Origin: Macrostomum lignano
Taxonomy: Eukaryota
Direction: 5' to 3'
Assembly: GCA_002269645.1 (NCBI GenBank)
Contig: NIVC01000835.1
Coordinates: 1-64,000, forward strand
Length of the DNA stretch: 64,000 bases
Shown here: piece by piece, positions 50,590 through 62,479 of the stretch
How positions within the stretch are numbered: the first letter of the stretch is position 1
Layout of the letters: each line of letters starts with the position of its first letter
Notes under the pieces: generated by a model
The model's input: only the letters and a program-made list of their open reading frames with translations
Database searches by the model: none
What the model was told of the DNA's origin: nothing
Program-made: the position numbers and the translations under genes

Positions 50590-50900
50590 ATGTACATTAG
50601 CGGTGAGGGTAGAAGTTGCTCCGGAGTGTATGTACATTAGGGGTAGGAGTTGCTCCGGAGTGTATGTACATTAGGGGTAGGAGTTGCTCCGAGCGTACGT
50701 ACGTTAGGGGTAGGAGTTGTTCCGGAGTGAATGTACATTAGGGGTAGGAGTTTCTCCAGAGCGTATGTACATTAGGGTTAGGAGTTTCTGCGGAGTGCAT
50801 TGGAGGGGGTAGTTGTTCCGAGGTGTATGTACATTAGGGGTAGGAGTTGCTCCGGAGTGTATGTACATAGAGGTAAGGGTAGCTTTTGAGCGAATGTACA
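50590..50900. repeat. 34-bp minisatellite, left arm of inverted pair
   Basis: Unit TATGTACATTAGGGGTAGGAGTTGCTCCGGAGTG. Confidence 0.9.
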
Positions 50901-51621
50901 TTCGGGTTATCGGGCAGATATAATTTCTTCAATAGTACTGGCGGGATGGTGTTGTAATTTTAGTATAGTGATATCTAAAATTTTCACAGACAGAAGAATT
51001 CGATATTGAAATCAAACCAACCTTGCAACCGAACAAAATTCTAGCATGCATGCAGTCCGGCAGAAAAAACAACAAAAAGGACCGATTCTAGAACTGACAC
51101 GGAGTAAAAGTGCGGTTGAAAATAAGCAGGAAACAATAAATAAAAGTGGAGGATTCTGCGAAAAACAGATTTCATTAAACAGATTGCCATAAGTTTCTAT
51201 ATCGATTACGACTATATTATTTTTCTTCTGACTCAAAACTATTGCAAAACATTATGCAAACGCGTGTGCCTATTATTAATACGATTTTTAAACAAAAGAC
51301 TGCAATAATACTAGTAGAGAAACACACCCTGATATTACAAATACAAGACTGTAACGCACACAACAGGTAGTAAAAAGCTACTATAATTAGCTCATTGGTG
51401 CTCAACCAATGGCCTAGCTAGGAGTCTTTGTTAGCATTGGCACTAAGCTGATTGATCCCATCGATTAACTGCATTAACACTGCTTCGGTCATTGACCTTG
51501 ATAATAAAGCTGCCGATTAAGTGGAGAATCGCCATTCGCTGCAGCAGCAGCAGCCGCTTGCCACAGAACTACACTCGGCCATAGACAATGAAGCCAAAGA
51601 TCCCATTAAAAATCTCTAGGC

Positions 51622-51928
51622 CTAATGTACATACACTCCGGAGAAACTCCTACCCCTAATGTACATTCACTCAGGAACAACTTCTATCCCTAATGTACAT
51701 TCGCTCCGGAACAAATCCTACCCCTAATGTACATACGCTCCGGAGCAACTCCTACCCCTAATAAACATACGCTCCGGAGCAACTCCTGCCCCTAATAAAC
51801 ATACACTCCGGAGCAACTCCTACCCCTAATGAACATACGCTCCGGAGCAACTCCTACCCCTAACGTACACTCCGGAGCAACTCCTACCTCTAATGTACAT
51901 ACACTCCGGAGCAACTCCCTAATGTACC
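51622..51928. repeat. 34-bp minisatellite, right arm (reverse complement)
   Basis: Unit CCTAATGTACATACACTCCGGAGCAACTCCTACC. Confidence 0.9.
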
Positions 51929-52359
51929 GGTACAAAGCATTGTTTCGTAATTACATGGGGGAAATAAAGACAATCTCACTGCGCACGATTCGATATCCCT
52001 ATTTATCATAGATGATCAAACTCATAGATTTGCTCTTCAATACAAACATTTCTATACTGAAATGAACATTTAAAAGTCTTCAACCGAAAATGATTTGGAT
52101 GATTTCGATTTAGATGATAGGGTTGAGTCGAGGCCACAGACATTTCGCAGATGAGCAATCAAAGACATTCCTTCATCAATGCTTGATTGTCTTTTAACCA
52201 AGACAGCTGGCTTCGCCTGCAGTCTGTGGGATAGTGCAGCTTGAAATTTCTAGTTTTGCACTATAGTTTTGCATTGACATAATTTGATTTGATTAAATTG
52301 CACGCACAGAACGCGTCATCAGGAAACTTAAAACAAACTGGGACAGTAAAAAGTGATAA

Positions 52360-53109
52360 TCAGACAGTTGGACTGTCCGCTGCAGCAGCGGCTGGAGAGG
52401 AGGCTTCAACATCAGCAGGCGCTGTGCCGCCAGCATGGTCAGCAGCGGCGCCAGCTGGCCTTTCGGCGGCCGCCGCGGCAGAGCGGCAAGAGAAATACGA
52501 CGCGCTGGCGAACAGGAAGCCGAGCAATTTAAGCGCCAGAATGACGCCAATCCACATGTAGGGCAGGCGGCTCAGGTCGTATTCTGTGCAGGCCCCATTG
52601 GCCCTGTCGCACGTCGAGCCGTCGTTCGCCCGCAGCAGGCAGGTGGAATCGAACAGGCTGCCAAAATAGATTGGCGCCGGTATAAATGCTAGCAGGCGGT
52701 GCAGCACATTCTGCATGCCCAGGGCAAAGCTGGAGTCGGACTCGGACACGCAGGACAGAGTGAGAATGTGACAGGGCTCGTAGCCGCAGGCGGTCAGCAG
52801 TACTATAATAAATAATAATATGCAGAATGGCACAAAGGTTGTGCAGGTGTTGTCGCATTTGCCGCTCGACACGATACCGCCGCCGCCGATGCCAGCATGG
52901 CGATTGCGCAATCCGCCTGCCGGCTGCTGCAGCGGAACGCACGAGCAGGCGGTGTAGTTCCACTGGGCCGCGTTGATGCCCGACGCGAATGCGGCAGCAG
53001 CCGCCGCCGCCTCTGCCGCTGTTGTCGGCGAAGTCGACTTTGGCTGCTGACGAAGCGTTCGATTGGTGCAGCCGGCGTGGCAAGGGCTGTAGTAGCTGAC
53101 CCCGGTCGC
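52360..53109 (-). CDS. OATP/SLCO terminal exon
   Basis: Acceptor GCTCAG, phase 0; GVSYYSPCHAGC, FALGMQNVLHRLLAFIPAPIYFGSLFDSTC; joined CDS ~953 aa. Confidence 0.92.
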   Translation of the reverse strand, partial: ATGVSYYSPCHAGCTNRTLRQQPKSTSPTTAAEAAAAAAAFASGINAAQWNYTACSCVPLQQPAGGLRNRHAGIGGGGIVSSGKCDNTCTTFVPFCILLFIIVLLTACGYEPCHILTLSCVSESDSSFALGMQNVLHRLLAFIPAPIYFGSLFDSTCLLRANDGSTCDRANGACTEYDLSRLPYMWIGVILALKLLGFLFASASYFSCRSAAAAAERPAGAAADHAGGTAPADVEASSPAAAAADSPTV

Positions 53110-53199
53110 CTGAGCGTTCGTAGGCAGCGAATTGTCAGCAAGTTATAGCGTAAAACATGCTAGTAACTGTAAGTAACAGCTAGAGTCCCCGGGTCATTA

Positions 53200-53712
53200 A
53201 GTGGCCACTGCTATCCCCAACCTACAGTGGGCAGCCACCGCCATTCCCCATTTCCCCCCAACCTACAGTGGGCAGCCACCGCCATTCCCCATTTCCCCCC
53301 AACCTACAGTGGGCAGCCATCGCCATTCCCCACTTCCTCCCAACCTACAGTGGGCAGCCACCGCCATTCCCCACTTCCCCCCAACCTACAGTGGGCAGCC
53401 ACCGCCATTCCTCATTTCCCCAACCTACAGTGAGCAGCCACCGCCATTCCCCACTTCCCCCCAACCTACAGTGGGCAGCCATCGCCATTCCCCACTTCCT
53501 CCCAACCTACAGTGGGCAGCCACCACCATTCCCCACTTCCCCAACCTACAGTGGGCAGCCACCGCCATTCCCCACTTCCCCACCCTACAGTGGGCAGCCA
53601 CCGCCATTCCCCACTTCCCCAACCTACAGTGGGCAGCCACCGCCATTCCCCACTTCCCCAACCTACAGTGGGCAGCCACCACCATTCCCCACTTCCCCAA
53701 CCTATAGTGGGC
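53200..53712. repeat. 39-41-bp minisatellite (OATP intron)
   Basis: Unit CCTACAGTGGGCAGCCACCGCCATTCCCCACTTCCCCAA. Confidence 0.93.
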
Positions 53713-54399
53713 GGTCACCACCGTATGAAACTTTCAGATTAAATAAGTTGGGATATAAAACGGACTATTTAAACGAAGCCAATTCGTTCTCTTCAAGCAG
53801 TTTAATCTGGAAAATTTCAGAAGAGATGCAGAATCGTAAAATTTGTGCTTTAACAAAACTAAAACTCGAACGTTTATTGCGCTTTTAGTAGCAATATAAG
53901 TGGAAGTAGCACGTACGTCTCTCGTGTGACCTTGAAATATAACCTCCAGCTGTTATTGACCCCGAGGAATTGGGTGCAAGTAGCAACTCTCTCTCTCTCT
54001 TTCCACACTCTTTCTCTCCTATCTCGCAGAAAGTGTCTGCTTGACAGTGAACTGGTGAATTAGTCATCAAGCAATAGACAAGGACCTTCAGGATATTCGC
54101 ATAATATGTAGCAGGTTATGCGCGTTTTACACGATATAATTAAATTTTCGCTACATCTTTTATTCATGTTCTGCTAGTTTAGTTACCAACAGGTCAGGAA
54201 GCACGACAGCATTTTGTGAGGAAGTTAAGAAAGTTAGATAAATTTTCTGTTAACTTTAAGAGTTAGTTGATTTATGGCTTCAGCAGCTGCGCACTAAGTG
54301 GGCGCATATATCCTGCTTTTGATATTCTTTTATCGCTTAGCATTTTTGCTTAGAGAGAGAGAGAGAAAGAGAGAGAGGGGGAGGTACAGCGAGGGATAG

Positions 54400-55510
54400 G
54401 GAGAGAGGGAGAGAGGAAAGAGTCTCCAAACCCCAAAGCACTGACACTGTAGCACAGATTTTTGAACAAAGTGCCGATATTTAGAATATTGCATTTTATT
54501 CGTCGGGGCTATTATGAAGAAGGGAGAGAGAGAGGAAGGGGGAGAGAGGGAGAGAGGAAAGAGTCTTCAAACCCCAAAGCACTGACACTGTAGCACAGAT
54601 TTTTGAACAAAGTGCCGATATTTAGAATATTGCATTTTATTCGTCGGGGCTATTATGAAGAAGGGAGAGAGAGAGGAAGGGGGAGAGAGGGAGAGAGGAA
54701 AGAGTCTTCAAACCCCAAAGCACTGACACTGTAGCACAGATTTTTGAACAAAGTGCCGATATTTAGAATATTGCATTTTATTCGTCGGGGCTATTATGAA
54801 GAAGGGAGAGAGAGAGGAAGGGGGAGAGAGGGAGAGAGGAAAGAGTCTTCAAACCCCAAAGCACTGACACTGTAGCACAGATTTTTGAACAAAGTGCCGA
54901 TATTTAGAATATTGCATTTTATTCGTCGGGGCTATTATGAAGAAGGGAGAGAGAGAGGAAGGGGGAGAGAGGGAGAGAGGAAAGAGTCTTCAAACCCCAA
55001 AGCACTGACACTGTAGCACAGATTTTTGAACAAAGTGCCGATATTTAGAATATTGCATTTTATTCGTCGGGGCTATTATGAAGAAGGGAGAGAGAGAGGA
55101 AGGGGGAGAGAGGGAGAGAGGAAAGAGTCTTCAAACCCCAAAGCACTGACACTGTAGCACAGATTTTTAAACAAAGTGCCGATATTTAGAATATTGCATT
55201 TTATTCGTCGGGGCTATTATGAAGAAGGGAGAGAGAGAGGAAGGGGGAGAGAGGGAGAGAGGAAAGAGTCTTCAAACCCCAAAGCACTGACACTGTAGCA
55301 CAGATTTTTAAACAAAGTGCCGATATTTAGAATATTGCATTTTATTCGTCGGGGCTATTATGAAGAAGGGAGAGAGAGAGGAAGGGGGAGAGAGGGAGAG
55401 AGGAAAGAGTCTTCAACCCCCAAAGCACTGACACTGTAGCACAGATTTCTGAACAAAGTGCCGATATTTAGAATATTGCATTTTATTCGTCGGGGCTATT
55501 ATGAAGAAGA
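54400..55510. repeat. 141-bp tandem repeat, ~8 near-identical copies (OATP intron)
   Basis: CCCCAAAGCACTGACACTG recurs at 54431, 54572, 54713 and onward. Confidence 0.95.
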
Positions 55511-55529
55511 AGGGAGGGAAAGAAAATAG

Positions 55530-56395
55530 GAAAGAAGTGATTCTAAACGACTTTAGAACGACGAGATGTCACGGTACAAGTCGCCAAAAAGTCGTCAAAA
55601 AGTCGTCGCCACAGAATCACTTTGAAGCGTTTTATTGTCTGCGACTCTGAAACTATTCTGGCGCGACTCTAGCGCCTCTGGGGCGACGGTATGACGATTC
55701 TGGGGCTGCACAGTTGTATTTGAGGCGTTCCAGAGTCGCATTAGAGTCACTGAGTTGTGTTTCAGTCACATTTTCGGCCTTTCAGCAGCGTTCTGCAGTC
55801 GCTAAAAAGTCGCAGAAGAAGCGCATTTGCGTCACTGTAGAATGGTTGGTGAGTCACTTCTGAGGCGCTCTGGACGCGCTACAGAGTCGTTACTACCTCC
55901 CTTAAACAGACATAAATCGAAATTTCTGGGCGATGCTCATCGACTCAGAAGTGATGCACTAAAGATTGTACAGTGACGCAAAAGCGCTTCTTCTGCAACT
56001 TTTTAGCGACTGCAGAACGCCGCAGTCGTTTTAGAGTCATTTAGAATCACTTCTTTCATATTTGACCTGCTCTTTAGGGTAATCTCAAAGGAAACGACTT
56101 TAGGGCGACGCAAGTGACTCCGGGACGCTTCTTGGCCTAGACACTGTTTTCATCGGGCAAGGAACACTCAGTTTTAGCCTATTGAAACCTTAATTACACT
56201 TCAACTAGCCTACTGAGTTGTAGGAAGTTAAGCGCCAGCACAACGATTATTCAACGACTTTTTTCGTGACTCTTTAGCGCTTCTATAACTCACGTGACGC
56301 GTTTGAGTTGTTAAAAAGTCACAAGAGTCGCCCCAGACGCACTAGAGTCACTAGAGTTGTTTGCAATGACTCTTAGCGATTCTTGTCATGGTAAC
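55530..56395. mobile_element. Nested inverted-repeat (foldback/MITE-like) element
   Basis: 33-bp IR 55530/56058; 52-bp IR 55788-55840 / 55969-56021; further IR 55651-55688 / ~56327-56362. Confidence 0.55.
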
Positions 56396-56924
56396 GTTTT
56401 CAACGGGAGAGAGGGATAAAGAGAAGAAAGAGGAATAGGGAGAGAGAGGGAGAGGGAGAGGGAGAGAAGGGAGAGCGAGAGGGAGAGGAGAGGGAGAGAG
56501 ACAGCAAGAGAAATCGAGAGGAGAGATTCCACACGCTGCCAGAGTCGTATGAACCTTCTTGGGCATGCGCATAATCCGCAACCTGTTCCTAAGCCAATAC
56601 CATCCGGATTTAAATGCAAAGCGAATCAGCTTGGCCTGGCAGCAGAATCGGCTTCAGAATAAGCCGCTAGGATTAGGGTATTAAGGAGTTATAAGGATAT
56701 AAAAGTGTGCACAGCATTGTGACATTATACAGCTAACGCACTAACTAGCCCTAGGCTGTTTACTTCTTCGGTCGATTTACATAGCGCAGACAGGGGCGTG
56801 AAAACACAAAACGGAGGCTACATAAAAAGCTGCCTAGTATAGGGCTAACATATAAATGATTATACGGCTAGCAGCTTAATATAAGGATAGTGATTGAAGG
56901 CAGGGAGAAAGCGCTCCCAAGAAA

Positions 56925-57925
56925 TTGAACGGGAGAGGGCGATTCTAAGAAATCGAACGGGAGAGGGCGATTCTAAGAAATCGAACGGGAGAGGGCGATT
57001 CTAAGAAATCGAACGGGAGAGGGCGATTCTAAGAAATCGAACGGGAGAGGGCGATTATAAGAAATCGAAGGGAAGAGGGCGATTCTAAGAAATCGAACGG
57101 GAGAGGGAGATTCTAAGAAATCGAAGTGAAGAGGGCGATTCTAAGAAATCGAACGGGAGAGGGCGATTCTAAGAAATCGAAGGAAAGAGGGCGATTCTGA
57201 GAAATCGAACGGGAGAGGGCGATTCTAAGAAATCGAAGGGAAGAGGGCGATTCTGAGAAAACGAAGGGAAGAGGGCGATTCTAAGAAATCGAACGGGAGA
57301 GGGCGATTCTAAGAAATCGAACGGGAGAGGGCGATTCTAAGAAATCGAAGGGAAGAGGGCGATTCTAAGAAATCGAACGGGAGAGGGCGATTCTAAGAAA
57401 TCGAAGGGAAGAGGGCGATTCTGAGAAATCGAAGGGAAGAGGGCGATTCTAAGAAATCGAACGGGAGAGGGCGATTCTAAGAAATCGAAGGGAAGAGGGC
57501 GATTCTAAGAAATCGAAGTGAAGAGGGCGATTCTAAGAAATCCAAGTGAAGAGGGCGATTCTAAGAAATCGAACGGAAGAGGGCGATTCTAAGAAATCGA
57601 AGTGAAGAGGGCGATTCTAAGAAATCGAAGGAAAGAGGGCGATTCTAAGAAATCGAAGGAAAGAGGGCGATTCTGAGAAATCGAACGGGAGAGGGCGATT
57701 CTAAGAAATCGTAGGGGGCGATTCTAAGAAACCGCAAATGAGAGTGCGATTCTAAGAATCGAAAGGGACAAGGAGATTCTAAGAAATCGGGAGGGAGAAA
57801 GGCGATTTTAAAAAAACCGAAGGGAGAGGGAGATTCTAAGAAACCTAAGGGGAGGGCAATTCTAAGAAATCGAAGGAGAGAGGCGTTTCAAAGAAACCGA
57901 AGGGGTAGAGGGCGATTCTAAATTC
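56925..57925. repeat. 28-bp minisatellite (OATP intron)
   Basis: Unit GAGGGCGATTCTAAGAAATCGAACGGGA, degenerating toward the exon 2 donor. Confidence 0.94.
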
Positions 57926-57964
57926 AGACAAAATGGTCAGCAGGCGATGCTGAGGAGTTCTCAC

Positions 57965-58478
57965 CAAGTCGCAGACGGGATCGTAGTTAGCGTCGCTGCA
58001 GGCGCACCTGGCATTGCAGGTGGCGTTCAACTGAGGTGGAACCGGATCGGACAGGCCAGAAGCGCCGGACGAAACTAGCTTGGGCGGATCGACGGCAGCG
58101 GGATATCCGGCAGTGAGGCCGGCTAACTGGATATTGCTGCAGGTGCATAGCACTAGGCCGGTAGTGAGCAGGGTGGTGCTAACGCACAGCCCCATCATGG
58201 TGAGGCTGACCGCGCGACTGCTGGGCCGAAAACGGCGCATAAAAAAAGCGCCAGCGCCGATGCCAATAACGGCGCTAGGTATGACTAGCAGGCCGGTGAC
58301 TATGCTGGATCGGGTCACGGGCAGGCCAAACGATTTCTGCATGTACTTGTTAACGTAGGCGACAAAGGCTTGCACTACGGACTGCTCAGCCACGATAAGC
58401 AGGCTGATAAACAGCCACAGCGGGTTGTTGAACAGGCGGGCCAGACCGGCAGGGATGTCGCGGATGCGCGGCTGCGAT
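57965..58478 (-). CDS. OATP/SLCO exon 2
   Basis: Acceptor TGTGCAG, phase 2; RIRDIPAGLARLFNNP...KYMQKSFGL...CNARCACSDANYDPVCDL (Kazal-like); donor TTG|GTGAGA. Confidence 0.92.
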
Positions 58479-58547
58479 CTGCACAGGATGGGATTGTTGC
58501 CAGGGACAGGTTGAAAATTTATGCTTCAAATTGTATGCATTGTTAAT

Positions 58548-59070
58548 CAGCTTGATGGGATCGGGAATCAGATTGATGGATCGGGGATCAGATTGATGGG
58601 ATCGGGGATCAGATTGATGGATCGGGGATCAGATTGATGGGATCGGGGATCAGATTGATGGATCGGGGATCAGATTGATGGATCGGGGATCAGATCGATG
58701 GGATCGGGGATCAGATTGATGGGATCGGGGATCAGATTGATGGATCGGGGATCAGATTGATGGATCGGGGATCAGATTGATGGGATCGGGGATCAGATTG
58801 ATGGATCGGGGATCAGATTGATGGATCGGGGATCAGATCGATGGGATCGGGGATCAGATTGATGGGATCGGGGATCAGATTGATGGATCGGGGATCAGAT
58901 TGATGGATCGGGGATCAGATTGATGGGATCGGGGATCAGATTGATGGGATCGGGGATCAGATTGATGGGATCGGGGATCAGATTGATGGATCGGGGATCA
59001 GATTGATGGATCGGGGATCAGATTGATGGATCGGGGATCAGATTGATGGGATCGGGGATCAGATTGATGG
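58548..59070. repeat. 20-21-bp minisatellite (OATP intron)
   Basis: Unit GG(G)ATCGGGGATCAGATTGAT. Confidence 0.94.
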
Positions 59071-59091
59071 GGTGATCAAGCGGTGACATGG

Positions 59092-60735
59092 GTAAGAATC
59101 GATCAGGATCTCAGTAGCTTCAGAAGAGGTTCAGGTGAGAATCAGGATCTCAGTAGCTTCAGAAGAGATTCAGGTGAGAATCAGGATCTCAGTAGCTTCA
59201 GAAGAGATTCAGGTGAGAATCAGGATTTCAATGGCTTCAGAAGAGATTCAGGTAAAAATCAGGATCTCAGTAGCTTCAGAAGAGATTCAGGTAAAAATCA
59301 GGATCTCAGTAGCTTCAGAAGAGGTTCAGGTAAGAGTCGATCAGGATCTCAGTAGCTTCAGAAGAGTTTCAGGTGAGAATCAGGATCTCAGTAGCTTCAG
59401 AAGAGATTCAGGTGAGAATCAGGATTTCAATGGCTTCAGAAGAGATTCAGGTGAGAATCAGGATCTCTCAATGTCTTCAGAAGAGATTCAGGTGAGAATC
59501 AGGATCTCAGTAGCTTCAGAAGAGATTCAGGTGAAAATCAAGATTTCTTAACGTCTTCAGAAGAGATTCAGGTGAGAATCAGGATTTCTCAACGTCTTCA
59601 GAAGAGATTCAGGTGAAAATCAGGATCTCAGTTGCTTCAGAAGAGATTCAGGTGAGAATCAGGATTTCAATGTCTTCAGAAGAGATTCAGGTGAGAATCA
59701 GGATCTCAGTAGCTTCAGAAGAGATTCAGGTAAGAATCATGATCTTAATGTCTTCAGAAGAGATTCAGGTGAGAATCAAGATCTCTCAATGTCTTCAGAA
59801 GAGATTTAGGTGAGAATCAGGATCTCAGTAGCTTCAGAAGAGATTCAGGTGAGAATCAAGATTTCTTAACGTCTTCAGAAGAGATTCAGGTGAGAATCAG
59901 GATTTCTCAACGTCTTCAGAAGAGATTCAGGTGAAAATCAGGATCTCAGTTGCTTCAGAAGAGATTCAGGTGAGAATCAGGATTTCAATGTCTTCAGAAG
60001 AGATTCAGGTGAGAATCAGGATCTCAGTAGCTTCAGAAGAGATTCAGGTAAGAATCAGGATCTCAATGTCTTCAGAAGAGATTAAGGTGAGAATCAGGAT
60101 CTCAGTAGCTTCAGAAGAGATTCAGGTGAGAATCAGGATTTCTCAACGTCTTCAGAAGAGATTCAGGTGAGAATCAGGATCTCAGTAGCTTCAGAAGAGA
60201 TTCAGGTGAGAATCAGGATTTCTCAACGTCTTCAGAAGAGATTCAGGTGAGAATCAGGATCTCAGTAGCTTCAGAAGAGATTCAGGTGAGAATCAGGATT
60301 TCTCAACGTCTTCAGAAGAGATTCAGGTGAGAATCAGGATCTCAGTAGCTTCAGAAGAGATTCAGGTGAGAATCAGGATTTCAATGTCTTCAGAAGAGAT
60401 TCAGGTGAGAATCAGGATCTCAGTAGCTTCAGAAGAGATTCAGGTAAGAATCAGGATCTCAATGTCTTCAGAAGAGATTAAGGTGAGAATCAGGATCTCA
60501 GTAGCTTCAGAAGAGATTCAGGTGAGAATCAGGATTTCTCAACGTCTTCAGAAGAGATTCAGGTGAGAATCAGGATCTCAGTAGCTTCAGAAGAGATTCA
60601 GGTGAGAATCAGGATCTCAGTAGCTTCAGAAGAGATTCAGGTGAGAATCAGGATTTCTCAACGTCTTCAGAAGAGATTCAGGTGAGAATCAGGATCTCAG
60701 TAGCTTCAGAAGAGATTCAGGTAAGAATCAGGATC
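59092..60735. repeat. 39-bp minisatellite, ~42 copies (OATP intron)
   Basis: Unit GAATCAGGATCTCAGTAGCTTCAGAAGAGATTCAGGT(G/A)A. Confidence 0.95.
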
Positions 60736-60742
60736 AGCTCAC

Positions 60743-62340
60743 CCGCTTCCACCGTCCCCGCTGCGTCCGCCAGCAGATAAAGCGGAACTCGACGAAGCTG
60801 TGGTGGACAGTGATGCAGTCTTGTCCTGCTTGGTCTCCAGCATCACAATCTCGACTGTGCGAACGGCGCTGCCGTTAGCAGCCGACGGCTCCATCATCAG
60901 GTCCGCCGGCGTTGCTACGGCAGTCACCGCCGTCGCTGGCGTGTCCCCGTCAACAACAGCGGCAGCAGCAGCAGCAGCAGCAGTATCTGGACGGCGATTG
61001 TTCCGCTTGGCCCGCCTAGCCGGCGGCAGAGCAGTTGGGAACGCCAGGAGCGGCACGGCAACCAGAACTGCCAGGCCGGCAAACACTAGGAACCCCATCC
61101 ACCAGGCCCCCGTCCACAGCGGATGGCTGGAGTGCAGGTTCTCCGGCGGCTCCAGCGGGTAGTTCACGTACATCGATAGGAACACGGCTCCGCCTAGGAA
61201 TCCGCAGGCGGGACCAAGAGCGCTAGTGATGTGCAGAGAGGCGGCGTACACGGGATAGCTGTGCTGGGGCACATTGTCCCACAGGTAGGTGGGCGCAAGG
61301 ATGTACACTGGGCTGGCGCCGAGGCCAACTAGTGCAAAGCTGATGCATAAGATGAGCAGGGCAGAGTTTTGCACCTGACAGTCCGGTCGAAGCTCAACCA
61401 CCGGCAGTGCCGCCACCGCTGACGCTGAAGCCGCCGCCGCCGCCGCTGCGGCAGCCGACGCCGGGCAAAGACCATCGGGTCCGCCGTCGGTTAAATTCCG
61501 AACATTATTCGAAATTGAGGTGCCAAGAAAGTGCGGGAAAGCGAACAGCAGATAGCCAATAGCAATGATGAGGCAGCCAGCGCCAAGAAGCTGGGCACGA
61601 TTGCGACCGTGACCGAAATAAGAGATAAGGAATGTAGCCAGAATGCAGGTAACCTCATAAGACGCATAGATGTAGCCAATTTCTCTAGTAGACAGGCCGT
61701 ACCTCAGCTCAATAGTGGTATTGATGCTATTGATATAGCCGCTAACTATAAAGCTTTGGACAAAGTACAAGCCTATAACGGCAATTGCGAATGGCACTGG
61801 CCGGGCCAGGGGCTGCAGACAGGCTGGCCGGTAGCAGAACCAGCCGCACTGGGTGCCGGCTGACCCGGCCGGCCCGGACGAGTCCGCAAACGCATCCTCG
61901 TCGTCGTCTTCTTCTTCTTCGACGGCTGGCGACGACGATTCGTCGACAGGGCCGGACGGCTTGGACGGTTGCGAGGAGCGGCGGGCTGGCTGCAACGAGG
62001 CCAGGTGAGCGTGACTGCCCACGCCGCTGGTGGCCGGCAGGTGAGCAGACGGAAGCCGGCGATGCTTCTGATAGTACTGATGATGCGGATGATGCGGCTG
62101 ATGATGCTGCTTCAGAGACGGAGACCGCGACGCCGCCGTGGGAGTGAGGCTGACTAGACTGAGCGCGCCGAACTGATGAGGCACAGTCGGACAGCTGTGC
62201 ATCCGCCTGTGGCCCCAAGGCCGTCGCGGTGTTGAAGCATGCGCGGATAAGTCAGTCAGGTGTTGTTGCTGCTGCTTCTGGGCCAGGGCGGAGTCCCCAG
62301 CTGACGCCGCCGCCTCATGACCGCCGCCGCCCCCGCTCAT
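60743..62340 (-). CDS. OATP/SLCO organic anion transporter, exon 1 (start ATG tentative)
   Basis: FVQSFIVSGYINSINTTIELRYGLSTREIGYI, SYFGHGRNRAQLLGAG, LWTGAWWMGF; donor GG|GTGAGC, phase 2. The track start at 62421 is GTG; the first in-frame ATG is 62340. Confidence 0.9.
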
Positions 62341-62479
62341 GCTGCGATGGTCGCGTTGTAAGCCTGGTTCATTGGGGCGCTGCTGCTGCTGGCTGTGATG
62401 GTGATGGCGTGACAGAAACACATGTACAAGCAGTGTATCTACTTAGGACATAATTGGTAAAAAATCAATCATAGCTGCT

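Noticed and set aside
60800-62453. Multiple + strand ORFs overlapping OATP exon 1
   Set aside because: Antisense shadows of GC-rich coding sequence.
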